Shown in pieces: positions 27,233 through 35,774 of a DNA stretch of 64,000 nt (its first letter is position 1; each line of letters begins with the position of its first letter). Below the pieces are notes generated by a model. That model did not search any database. It saw only the letters and a program-made list of their open reading frames with translations, and was not told the origin of the DNA. The stretch comes from Gemmatimonadales bacterium. Lineage in GTDB: Bacteria; Gemmatimonadota; Gemmatimonadetes; Gemmatimonadales; Gemmatimonadaceae. The stretch is taken from contig JBBQNT010000001.1 of NCBI GenBank assembly GCA_038330215.1, positions 1,356-65,355 on the forward strand, in the 5' to 3' direction. A program made the position numbers and the translations under genes.

Positions 27233-27712
27233 TCAGGAGCACAGCAGTTCAACTGCCATACGACGGCCGTCGCGCCAGATCATCACCGGTGCGTAGTAGC
27301 CAGGATAGATCCGCGCATCGCGATCCTGCAGCTCGCTTCGCCGAAGATCCGCCAGGCGCGCCAACGTCCGCTCGATCCTGTCGCCGGCGATGCGCTTGCT
27401 CTCGACGGCCGCTTTCGTCGTCTTGGCCAGAAGACCGCGCTCAGCATCCGCCAGGCGTTTTTTCTGCTTGAACACCTCCTACTCAAGCGCGGAGGCCTGT
27501 TCGGTATTGAAGTGATCGATCAGCTGCTTGATCTCGCGTTCGGCATCCGTCCGCGGCGCTGCGAACGACGCATCCATGGCCTTCGGCGTCTTGATCTTCG
27601 GATCTCGGGCGCGCTTCACGTAGAGCTCGAAATACTCACCGATGCTGAGGTCCGCACCGTAGACGTGCACATACGCACGCCACTCCGCCCATACCATCGC
27701 CGAATAGCACAC
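27233..27712 (-). pseudogene. possible SRAP (YedK/DUF159)-like gene, interrupted by an in-frame amber codon and C-terminally truncated
   Basis: GTG-TGC start gives MCYSAMVWAEW... (Cys2), with a gaggg SD 7 nt upstream. Track ORFs 27479..27775 and 27233..27475 are in the same frame, separated by TAG (27479-27481). IYPGYYAPVMIW resembles the SRAP (Y/F)PG..AP(V/I) motif (from memory). Confidence 0.35.
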
Positions 27713-28174
27713 GTGCCAGCCCTCGCGCTGCCGATACCGAATCCTAACGCCAGCGACGGAGTAGGGCAGGCACACCTGATCGAATCGCCGCCGCCCACGT
27801 AGGAAATCTCTGAGGAACCCTTCGGAACCGTCGGAGCTGCGCCTAAGATTCCGCCCAACAAGACATCCGCTTCATGCCAGCCGTCCGCGTCAAACAATGC
27901 TCCATGGCACGCCGATGCGGCTCTTACAGCCCTAGCCAGTTAGACATCATTCTTTCCATTATTGCCACTATAGCTTCCACTGTGGTCACGCTCTTCACTA
28001 ACCTTCTGATGTTAATAAAATAAGACCATGCAGTCATTGTGCATCAGATGAGACAAATGCAGGAATCCTGCATCAGCTAGAGCAATACTGGAATTCACAG
28101 CAGCCGTTATGATCCGGTGGGATTTCAGTGGTTTAGCACATTGGCGCATAACGCGCACAACCCTGCCTCGTCAT

Positions 28175-28207
28175 GCACATATTGTGCATCGGATGCACAA
28201 TATGTGC
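28175..28207. repeat. near-perfect 33-bp palindrome GCACATATTGTGCATC-g-GATGCACAATATGTGC in a non-coding region
   Basis: Read directly. The half-site ATTGTGCATC recurs at 28036-28045. A second 7-1-7 palindrome, TGCAGGA-a-TCCTGCA, is at 28058-28072. Confidence 0.9.
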
Positions 28208-28567
28208 GTTTAATGAGCAAATTGTGTGTATAGTGGGGCTACGACAGTGGTGTTTTGACCTGTCGCACCCACCTCGCAGGTGCTCTGCGTTATGACCAAG
28301 AAGCCGACACTCCACGTCGTCCGCTGAGTTGCCCCATACCCAGTAATGCTGGAAAGATCAGCAGCGGAATATGGCCACGCGAAACCGGAACGGCGAGCCA
28401 GCTGCTCCGAAATCCGCATCCGTCCGTTCCCGCGAAGAGAACTCGTCTGTTCTAAGTCCGGAACCTCAACCTGACACTTTCGCTTCGGACGCCGCAAGCC
28501 GTAGTTTCCAGCAGACAAATTCTTCGACCGGCAAACACCTCTGATTAGACGTGCCAACAAACCGCCG

Positions 28568-28798
28568 TCAATTCGTCGGTTCGAGTTCGTTGTCATCAGT
28601 AGCAGCTTCCTCGGCATGCTGTTTTGCAATGGCTGCGAAGACGCGTTCGACGACTTTGCCGCCGTGATCACATGCCATCGTCGCAGCCACGCGCTCCAGC
28701 ATGTGTTGGTAACCGGCAATTCCACCACCGGGCGTACAGGCGTTCGTCGCGTCGATGAACGCCCACAAAGCTTGATCAACCATCTTCTTGCGGGCCAC
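28568..28798 (-). CDS. hypothetical small protein (76 aa)
   Basis: Last ORF of the minus-strand cargo operon; plausible composition. Confidence 0.45.
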   Translation of the reverse strand: MARKKMVDQALWAFIDATNACTPGGGIAGYQHMLERVAATMACDHGGKVVERVFAAIAKQHAEEAATDDNELEPTN

Positions 28799-28863
28799 CG
28801 GTCATACCTCCTGCGACTATTGAAGCTTCAACAAAGAGAGCGTGTTCTTCCGCGTGGTAGCTT

Positions 28864-29196
28864 TCAGCAGCACCGTCGAAACCAGGCTCGTAGGTGCGTA
28901 GCGCACATTTGGTGAACCTCACCGAAATCATTGTGAATGCCAACAAATGGCGGGTTTGCTATTGGGTGCATCGATTCGACAACATAAATCTCGCCGGCGG
29001 TGAAAACCCGTGGTTCGTCCGGGTCTTCCTCCATATGCAAATGATGTATCGCGCGAAGCCTTGTGCCTGGTGTCATGTCCCAGACCAAACGATGATCCGC
29101 ACCTATGTAAGCCCCGCTCCTCGAAGCGCCCGAATGTGCGTTGCTGGTCATGGCGAAAGGTCCTTGCCGAGGGCAATTGTAGGATTTGGCAATCAC
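28864..29196 (-). CDS. hypothetical protein (start uncertain; alternative ATG at 29151)
   Basis: ORF track; aagga SD precedes the internal ATG. Confidence 0.45.
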   Translation of the reverse strand: MIAKSYNCPRQGPFAMTSNAHSGASRSGAYIGADHRLVWDMTPGTRLRAIHHLHMEEDPDEPRVFTAGEIYVVESMHPIANPPFVGIHNDFGEVHQMCATHLRAWFRRCC

Positions 29197-29206
29197 GCGT
29201 TTCGGA

Positions 29207-29887
29207 TCAAGTCAGCTTCGGAAACGGCATGACCTGGCCACCCTTGGATCCGGTCTCCGTGAAGGCCAGGTTGCCGGCGAGCGTCGCATCTTGTTTGGTG
29301 CGGGATCCACTATTTAGCGTCTGCGCGAGGCGGGCCACTTGGCGCGCGAGCTGCTGCACGTCGTGCTCAATGAGGGCGGGATCAAACGCCGGCGACGGAC
29401 CACGTTCCCCCTGCGGTTCCTTGCACTCAACACGCCACTTCAGCAAACCCGCGGTAAACCAGCCAGAGGTCTCCCAAACGTAGCGAAGACGCGAGTCGGT
29501 GCCTTCCGCACGCGGTGCAAGCAGCCCCTGGGCGTCGATTAACGCGCTTAGCTGCTGCATAGATTCGACGGGTCGGGTGTCGCGCGATCCCTGCGTGCCG
29601 ATCGGTGTCTTGAGGGTGATCAGTGGACCACCCAGCGTCGTGCCGAAACCGCTGTCCCAACCCCGGTCACGCACTGTATCGCAGCGCACACCGGGGAGCT
29701 GGTTCAGCGCGTCGACGAGGGGACGCATCCGGCTGGTGACGTCTACGGCCGAATCGGTCGAACTGCCGTACGGGGTTGAGGCGCGCCGAGCGAGCGTCGA
29801 CCGAATGAGCCGAATGCCTATCACTACTAGCACCAGCAGCAGGAGAAGGTTCATGATGGCTTGGACGGTGCTGGCATCGATGGGCAT
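29207..29887 (-). CDS. membrane-anchored hypothetical protein (226 aa)
   Basis: Internal ATG of track ORF 29207..30013 with an aagga SD. N-terminal TM helix AIMNLLLLLVLVVIGIRLI. Confidence 0.5.
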   Translation of the reverse strand: MPIDASTVQAIMNLLLLLVLVVIGIRLIRSTLARRASTPYGSSTDSAVDVTSRMRPLVDALNQLPGVRCDTVRDRGWDSGFGTTLGGPLITLKTPIGTQGSRDTRPVESMQQLSALIDAQGLLAPRAEGTDSRLRYVWETSGWFTAGLLKWRVECKEPQGERGPSPAFDPALIEHDVQQLARQVARLAQTLNSGSRTKQDATLAGNLAFTETGSKGGQVMPFPKLT

Positions 29888-30009
29888 GGCGGGATCCTTG
29901 AGTGAGGGAACGGGCTGCGCTCGTGCAGACTGGCGACAGCCTGTCGCAGCTCCTGCGAATACGAGACCGCAATAGTCTGTCTCTTTGAAACACCCACACG
30001 GACTGTTTC

Positions 30010-30579
30010 TCAATAGTTTTCTTGAGCTGCCTCCTCCTCTTCGCTGAGATCATGCAGCCACTGGCGTTCCTCGTCGACGATCCCCAGCACCACATCGACT
30101 GCCGGGATGCCGGCGCGATCAAGAGTGACAATGCCACTCGATGTTTCGATGGAGTCGAACTGGCTATGTTCGGCGCCGCCGCGGAAGGCCAGGCTCATGC
30201 GCAGCGTGACCATATCGACGATCGCGGTGTACAGCCGGTCGTAGTCGTATCTTAGACGCGCATAGTCGCAATCAGAAGCGCTACAGAGCAGCGCTACAGA
30301 GCCTCCCTCCGAGATCCACTGCGTCGCTACGTGGACCTCAGCTGTGAATGCACCACTCCCGTCATTGAGCCAGCCCTTCACTGCGCCCAGCGGACGCAGG
30401 AGTATGTCGACCGGCACGCCCCGGTTGTTCCAACGGCTTGCCACCACGCTATCCGTTGCGATTACGCGTGTGGCGGTATTCAACCAACGCGTAGCCGCTT
30501 CCCAAAGCGTTGAAGGATCCATGATCGGCGCGGAGAGCCCAGGCAGGGAATCTGCTGCCCGGACGGTCTTCCAGCTCAT
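30010..30579 (-). CDS. hypothetical protein (189 aa), translationally coupled to the zinc peptidase gene
   Basis: ATGA overlap with the upstream gene; acidic C-terminus. Confidence 0.55.
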   Translation of the reverse strand: MSWKTVRAADSLPGLSAPIMDPSTLWEAATRWLNTATRVIATDSVVASRWNNRGVPVDILLRPLGAVKGWLNDGSGAFTAEVHVATQWISEGGSVALLCSASDCDYARLRYDYDRLYTAIVDMVTLRMSLAFRGGAEHSQFDSIETSSGIVTLDRAGIPAVDVVLGIVDEERQWLHDLSEEEEAAQENY

Positions 30580-31469
30580 GAGGACACCTCACGCTTACCT
30601 GTACGGAAAGCGAGTAGGGCGCCGTCGAGGATGGTCTGAAACGAATCACCATCCAGCTCACTGGTCAGCGAGTGTTGCCCAAGATGGAAGTGCATCGCAA
30701 TCGCACACAACGTGTAGGCCAGTCCATCGAGATCTACCTTGGCGTCATTGAGACAATCAAATATCCGTGCGCTCGTGGGCGGATGCGTACCAAGATAGGT
30801 GCCGCTGCCCTGCGGTTCGTCCAGGAACTGCATCGACAGCAGAGCGATCGCCATTCCAAGCTGTCGCTTTGTCCGCATCTGCGCATCTGCGCACGCACCC
30901 AAGACCCAGCCGACCGCATCGGCATCGGCTTCGCGTTCCTGTTGGTTGGTGTAGATCCGATGCGCCTGGGCATGGTTTCTGCGCAGATGCGCAATCTCGT
31001 GATGGAGGATCCAGCCGATCGCAACAAGAAACAGCTCATCGGTGCATGACGAGGTCTCGATACTTGGCTGCGGTGCGTCCTGTGGCCACAACCCGGTGCC
31101 CTCATAGAGCATGTTGTTCAACGCCCAATTGAACAGATCGAGTCGAGTGCAGAATTCAGGATCGCCGGCGAGACTCACGGCTTCGTACCCAAGCGCCTGC
31201 TTTTCCTCGAACACCGCGTAGAGTCGAAGCAACATGTGGGTGCAAGCCCAGACGTATTCGAGCGTCGCGATCGGCAAGGTCACCACGTAGGTTTCCGTGT
31301 TCACGCGCACACCGAAGCGCTTTTCTCCCGCAGCAAATATGATTGAGACATTCGCAGTGCTAGCGATGTAAGCGGCTTCGCGTTCCGGTGCCACAGTGTA
31401 GGCAGAAGCTGCTATGGCCTTTTCCAAGGACATGATCGGCGATCGGTACGGCGACTCAGAGCTTTTCAT
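30576..31469 (-). CDS. zinc metallopeptidase (HExxH), Lit (peptidase U49)- or ImmA/IrrE-like
   Basis: ILHHEIAHLRRNH followed by QQEREADADA (HExxH...ExEAD). 297 aa, with HExxH at residues 157-161. Confidence 0.7.
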   Translation of the reverse strand: MKSSESPYRSPIMSLEKAIAASAYTVAPEREAAYIASTANVSIIFAAGEKRFGVRVNTETYVVTLPIATLEYVWACTHMLLRLYAVFEEKQALGYEAVSLAGDPEFCTRLDLFNWALNNMLYEGTGLWPQDAPQPSIETSSCTDELFLVAIGWILHHEIAHLRRNHAQAHRIYTNQQEREADADAVGWVLGACADAQMRTKRQLGMAIALLSMQFLDEPQGSGTYLGTHPPTSARIFDCLNDAKVDLDGLAYTLCAIAMHFHLGQHSLTSELDGDSFQTILDGALLAFRTGKREVSS

Positions 31470-31515
31470 CGGCGGTGTCCTTGATGGATCGGATCGTTGG
31501 TCAGTGTTTTGACCT

Positions 31516-33108
31516 CTACTGCACCCGGTTGCTCACGTCAGGCGGAACGTAGATGTGGCCGTGGGACGCATCCGGTCCGCTCGCCAGATCACTGCCGACC
31601 AAGATTGGTTTGATCCATATCCGACGTCGACTTGCCCGTTGTTGGCCATATGGTTGCATCCTCCAATGGCCGCGCCGCCAGTGAACGCGTACACCGCCTC
31701 CGATCTCGCCGCTTGCTTGCGCGGGAGGCCCGTCTACTTCTCCCCCTACCAAGCGAACGACAGCAAATCCGTCTGATGTAAGTGCCGAATTCAGCTTGTA
31801 GCGCTTGGCAGGACTATTCATCCATTTCGCAACGCGATCAGGTGGTGTGTCCCGACCAGGCGTGGGTTCAGGGAGATGATGCTCGATGCTTTCAAGATAA
31901 AACAGGCTGTTGAAAAGCAATGCTGCGCAGTGCCGCATCAATACCGCAGAGTCTTCGATTTCAGCACGCAGGTAAGACTTCAAAGCTCGGGAATTGTCGT
32001 CGGCGGCGGGGTCGTCCGCATCCTCTTGGAGACGGCGCTTCATCGACGCCTCGATCGCCTCAGGTACCGCCATTTGCAACTCATGGGGCAAGAGGTCGAA
32101 AAACATGCCAGGGTATCCAACCTGTCGGCCGTCGCTGTGCACTGTAACGAATCCCACTTTCAGTCGCTTCGCACCGGCAGCGTCCCAAGGCGCGTAAGCA
32201 ACGTAAGCTCCATCGACATACTCGAACGTGCCTACGGCTTCGTCAAAGGGGAGGCGGATCTGTTCTTGCAAGCCAAAGCGCACAAAGAAGGCTTCGTACG
32301 GCGTATGAAGGTCAGACAGTGTTGCGTCCTTGACATCGGTGTGCGTGAGCAATTCTGTCAATCGATCATGCAGATCAAAGATTTGCCGGCCGTTACCCTC
32401 GAACTGCGCGATCAAGGGCACCCACTTCTCGTAGCTGACAATCTTGGCGGCGGTTTCTCCCAAAGCTCCAGGCGGTACCTCGCCCCGCTTTGTTGCTGCG
32501 AATAGTCCATCCAGCATGGGATGGATGAGAGATTCACGCAGGTGCGGGTAGAAGTTGGACGCAACCATTCCGTCCGGCGTTACCCAGCCTTTGCGAGCCG
32601 CATCACGTGCTATGAACCATGAAGGCGTATTTCGCATGCGGATGGGAGCGTAAGGCGAACGCTCCTCCGCACTGCTGGCGTCGGGCGTCTGCGCAGTGGC
32701 GTGAGGTTGGTCATGTGCAAGATCGTTGACCTTTGCGAAGAGATTGGCCAGGGCCTCTTTGATCCCTTCGAGTATCGGAGCGAGTTCCTGCGCGGTAACC
32801 TTCCGCACCTCAATGCCGTGCTGTCGACCGACCTCAGCAAACGTGTTCTCAGGGGATGCGCCTTCCTCCAGCAGCAGCATTTTGGGCCACTGCTTTCGCT
32901 CGCGCCATCCCTTTGCAAACAAATGGGAGACCATCTGAATGTCGGGCGCTTCCATGCCAACTGGCGCGACGGCGCGACCGATGATGTAGGTGCTCGCCGC
33001 GTCCATCAACAAATACATATTGAACGCTCCTTCCGCCAGAAGCAGCGGCGCGTCGTTCGCTTTCACCGCGAGCCAGGCTTGATTCACTCGAAATTGGTCA
33101 GGACGCAT
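31516..33108 (-). CDS. hypothetical protein (530 aa) directly downstream of the integrase gene
   Basis: Long ORF with good composition. Conspicuous basic C-terminal motif VRVHWRRGHWRMQPYG...RRRIWIKPILVG. No family recognised. Confidence 0.65.
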   Translation of the reverse strand: MRPDQFRVNQAWLAVKANDAPLLLAEGAFNMYLLMDAASTYIIGRAVAPVGMEAPDIQMVSHLFAKGWRERKQWPKMLLLEEGASPENTFAEVGRQHGIEVRKVTAQELAPILEGIKEALANLFAKVNDLAHDQPHATAQTPDASSAEERSPYAPIRMRNTPSWFIARDAARKGWVTPDGMVASNFYPHLRESLIHPMLDGLFAATKRGEVPPGALGETAAKIVSYEKWVPLIAQFEGNGRQIFDLHDRLTELLTHTDVKDATLSDLHTPYEAFFVRFGLQEQIRLPFDEAVGTFEYVDGAYVAYAPWDAAGAKRLKVGFVTVHSDGRQVGYPGMFFDLLPHELQMAVPEAIEASMKRRLQEDADDPAADDNSRALKSYLRAEIEDSAVLMRHCAALLFNSLFYLESIEHHLPEPTPGRDTPPDRVAKWMNSPAKRYKLNSALTSDGFAVVRLVGGEVDGPPAQASGEIGGGVRVHWRRGHWRMQPYGQQRASRRRIWIKPILVGSDLASGPDASHGHIYVPPDVSNRVQ

Positions 33109-33158
33109 TGGGTCACTCCTCGAATATGTCTTTTGTTATCAAAGCCCGCGATGGATGC

Positions 33159-34361
33159 TCATGCTTTGTCGTCAGCTAGCCGCTTCGTCAGTCCTGGTGC
33201 TGGTAACGGCTGTTGTTCACGAGCGATTGCCATCGCGGTGTCCACAGTCAACAATTCTCTGGCGTAGTAGTTGACCATCGCATCGTTCGCCCAGCCGGCG
33301 GCCCGAGCGATCGCTGAACCGGAGTGACCTTGCGCGACCAGGTCATGCGTTGATCCGACGCGAGTTGAATGACCACTGATCCGGGACGCATCGATGCCGG
33401 CCTGTTGCAGGCGACGTTTGAAGATTCGCGCGACCTCCTGTGGTGCGATCGCGTTCGGGCTGATCTCGGCAGTGCGCATGGTGCGAAGCGAACCATGCTT
33501 GCGCTTCGCCTCTTTTCCGCGCTTGGCGGAGCGCAAGCGCACGGCGCGGAACAAGGGGCCACGCTCAAGGCCTGCGGCCTGGATCCAGCGATCGATGTAT
33601 TCCATCGTCGCAGCACTGACGTGGCGTAGCAGGCCGTGACCCTCGCCGTCGGTTTTTGAACTCGGGATCTCCAGCCTACCCGCGCCGCCGTCAAGACGCG
33701 TGAGTTCCGAGATCCGGACCCGTGCGATCTCCTCGCGGCGTGCCAGCGTATCGGACGCCAAGCACATCAGCGCCGCATCACGCAGGGCACGCAGATCGCC
33801 GTCAAGAGCTTGCAGCACGGCCGTCAACTGGGCCTGCCGCAATGGGGCCGCCGGCCGTTTCCGATTGCGGCCGTCCTTCGCGAGCTGGCGGGCGATGCCT
33901 TTCCAGATCAGAGTCCACATCGGATGCGCGGTGGGATCTGGCACGCCGGCGGCGCGGTGCGCCAGGCGGATGGTCGACAGGTACCGATCAAGAGTGGCGC
34001 GGCGCAAGCCTCTGTCGATCGCGTTTTGGAAGAACTGCTGCAGATCCGTTCGCGCTTTGGTTTCTGCCTTGATGCGCTCGGCCGGCGCCGTCGACGGCGC
34101 AATGTACACCAGAGGCGGGACGCCGGCGTTGCGGCACCAGGTGGCGTACGTGGTCCAGTCACCGCGTACCGCACGCACGGTGGACTCCGACATGGCGACC
34201 TCGTATTGGCGCGTAAACTCCCGCAAACGATCGGCGACTTCGGACGGCAGCAGCGGCACATGGCCATCGACGGTCATCGGCAGCAGCGCGTCGACCACTA
34301 CCAGCGCGTGATCGACGATTGCCGGTGCCGGCGAATCCAGTGCGGGCTCAGTGCTTGGCAT
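33159..34361 (-). CDS. tyrosine recombinase / phage-type integrase
   Basis: LASDTLARREEI (Arg), HSTRVGSTHDL (HxxR) and AMVNYYAR (catalytic Tyr region); SAM-like N-terminal domain. Confidence 0.85.
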   Translation of the reverse strand: MPSTEPALDSPAPAIVDHALVVVDALLPMTVDGHVPLLPSEVADRLREFTRQYEVAMSESTVRAVRGDWTTYATWCRNAGVPPLVYIAPSTAPAERIKAETKARTDLQQFFQNAIDRGLRRATLDRYLSTIRLAHRAAGVPDPTAHPMWTLIWKGIARQLAKDGRNRKRPAAPLRQAQLTAVLQALDGDLRALRDAALMCLASDTLARREEIARVRISELTRLDGGAGRLEIPSSKTDGEGHGLLRHVSAATMEYIDRWIQAAGLERGPLFRAVRLRSAKRGKEAKRKHGSLRTMRTAEISPNAIAPQEVARIFKRRLQQAGIDASRISGHSTRVGSTHDLVAQGHSGSAIARAAGWANDAMVNYYARELLTVDTAMAIAREQQPLPAPGLTKRLADDKA

Positions 34362-35247
34362 GGTGATTTCCTCGGCGTTGCCACGCGAGCGCGATCACAC
34401 GCTGCGGATCCGCACGAAAGACGTCGGCGGGTGTGCGCATGCCCAGCGCGGGATCGGGAGCGAACAACCAGAGCGTGGCCGATCGGCCACTACCATCCGC
34501 ATCGTGGGGCAGCACTTCGACCAGTGCGGCCGTATCAGACAACGGCTGGCCTGCCGCGTCGAACTGGAAGTCGGGATAGCGATAGGCATTGCCGTCCCAC
34601 ACACCGAAAATCCGGCCCTTCTGGCGAGCGCGGGTGGCCACCATCTTGGGGTTGCTGTGATGGGTCGTGCGCGCCAGCGCAATGCCCACGGCTACGCTGT
34701 CGCGAAATCGCTCTGTCTGCCTGAGGATCCTGTCCAACATGTCCTCATCATCTTCCTGCGCAGGCTGCGGTGGTCCGCGAAGGACACGACGTGGCGTCGC
34801 CGGCGACGTGTCCGTCAGCAGAGTCGTCCAGCGCGCTACCGTCTCGCGATATCGTGTCCGTTCCTGCTCGGGCGGGATCGCGATGTCGAGCACCCACATT
34901 GGCGCCGAGATCTCGGCCTGTGCCTTCAGCGCACCGATCGTCGACTGCAGCAGCCGCGGCGCGCTGCTGACCTCCCAGCGGATCGACCAGTGCCAATGGG
35001 CGTCTTCCTGCAGACCGTCATGCATCAGGCTGCTGTGCAGCAGCTTCAGCGCCTTCTGGCGCAGCCGCAGCACGCCTTCCCAGGTGAGGCCTTGGTCGTC
35101 CGGCGACGTAAGTTCGATCAGCCGGAAACACGGCGCTGCGTGCGTTTCCTGCAGGACGGCGTCGAGGCTTGGGAATGCGAACTGCGCCACGCGAAGCCGA
35201 GGCTCGCCGCCGGCGAGTTCGAGCAGGCGGATCGCCGCGGTGATCAT
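34348..35247 (-). CDS. hypothetical protein with DUF2384 (Xre/MbcA/ParS antitoxin-type)-like C-terminus
   Basis: TLWLFAPDPALGMRTPADVFRADPQRVIALAW resembles W...P...LgG.tP.dll...p..V..l (from memory). Overlaps the integrase start by 14 nt. Confidence 0.5.
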   Translation of the reverse strand: MITAAIRLLELAGGEPRLRVAQFAFPSLDAVLQETHAAPCFRLIELTSPDDQGLTWEGVLRLRQKALKLLHSSLMHDGLQEDAHWHWSIRWEVSSAPRLLQSTIGALKAQAEISAPMWVLDIAIPPEQERTRYRETVARWTTLLTDTSPATPRRVLRGPPQPAQEDDEDMLDRILRQTERFRDSVAVGIALARTTHHSNPKMVATRARQKGRIFGVWDGNAYRYPDFQFDAAGQPLSDTAALVEVLPHDADGSGRSATLWLFAPDPALGMRTPADVFRADPQRVIALAWQRRGNHHAKH

Positions 35248-35253
35248 CGCAGG

Positions 35254-35529
35254 CTAGGCCCGCGCGCGGACGCGCGTCAGGCCGCGTTTGTGGGCCTGCG
35301 CGTTCTCGCGAAGGTTCTGGATGCCATTGCCATCGGTTAGCCAGCTCTTCACTTCCTGCAGCTCGCGTTGGTCGATCGCCGCGATGACGTGCGCCAGATC
35401 GGCGACAGCCTGCTTCTGCGCGATCTCATCGTTGCGGTAGGCGGTCAGAACGGCGCCGAGGTAGTGGCCAAGGGCGTCGTGGTCGCTCTCCGTGAGCACG
35501 CCGGCGGCGTTGAGGTCGTTCATCGGCAA
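35254..35529 (-). CDS. hypothetical small protein (91 aa), first gene of the integrase operon
   Basis: ORF track; TTG or ATG start; helical composition. Confidence 0.5.
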   Translation of the reverse strand: MPMNDLNAAGVLTESDHDALGHYLGAVLTAYRNDEIAQKQAVADLAHVIAAIDQRELQEVKSWLTDGNGIQNLRENAQAHKRGLTRVRARA

Positions 35530-35570
35530 TTTCCTTCGGTTGGGGGTGCCACGTCAGGTTATCCAAACGC

Positions 35571-35714
35571 GTTACGCGGCGCAATGCGCGCTAAGTATGC
35601 TTATCGTGCATGCGTTGCGGGTTCGGTTCGATGGTAACAGCAAGGGTAACGATATCTCCATAAATGCCGCCTCTAGGTGGATTAATCACATATTATAGGT
35701 TACGCTATGGTAAC
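35571..35714. repeat. cluster of GGTAAC/GGTTAC/GTTACG hexamers (5 copies) in the divergent intergenic region
   Basis: GGTAAC at 35633, 35645 and 35709; GGTTAC at 35698; GTTACG at 35571. The pairs are spaced 11-12 bp apart. Confidence 0.4.
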
Positions 35715-35774
35715 GCCAACCCCACCGGAACCACCGTGCACACCTTGCCCCACACCCCACCGCCGGTCGTCAGC

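Noticed and set aside
28058-28072. ATCCTGC (IncP/MOBP-type nic-core-like heptamer) inside the 7-1-7 palindrome, considered as an oriT nick site
   Set aside because: The ATCCTG hexamer is expected about 30 times by chance in this window, and no relaxase gene is present to support it. It is kept only as a testable possibility within the non-coding-region finding.
28210-28779. 189-aa minus-strand ORF covering much of the non-coding region
   Set aside because: Its composition is not protein-like (Arg/Ser/Thr-rich, no motifs), and it overlaps the more plausible 76-aa gene 28568-28798 in another frame.
33700-35340. Plus-strand ORFs 33700-34311, 33810-34724 and 34351-35340 opposite the integrase and DUF2384-like genes
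   Set aside because: The minus frames carry integrase catalytic motifs and an antitoxin-like motif. The plus translations are Arg-rich shadows.
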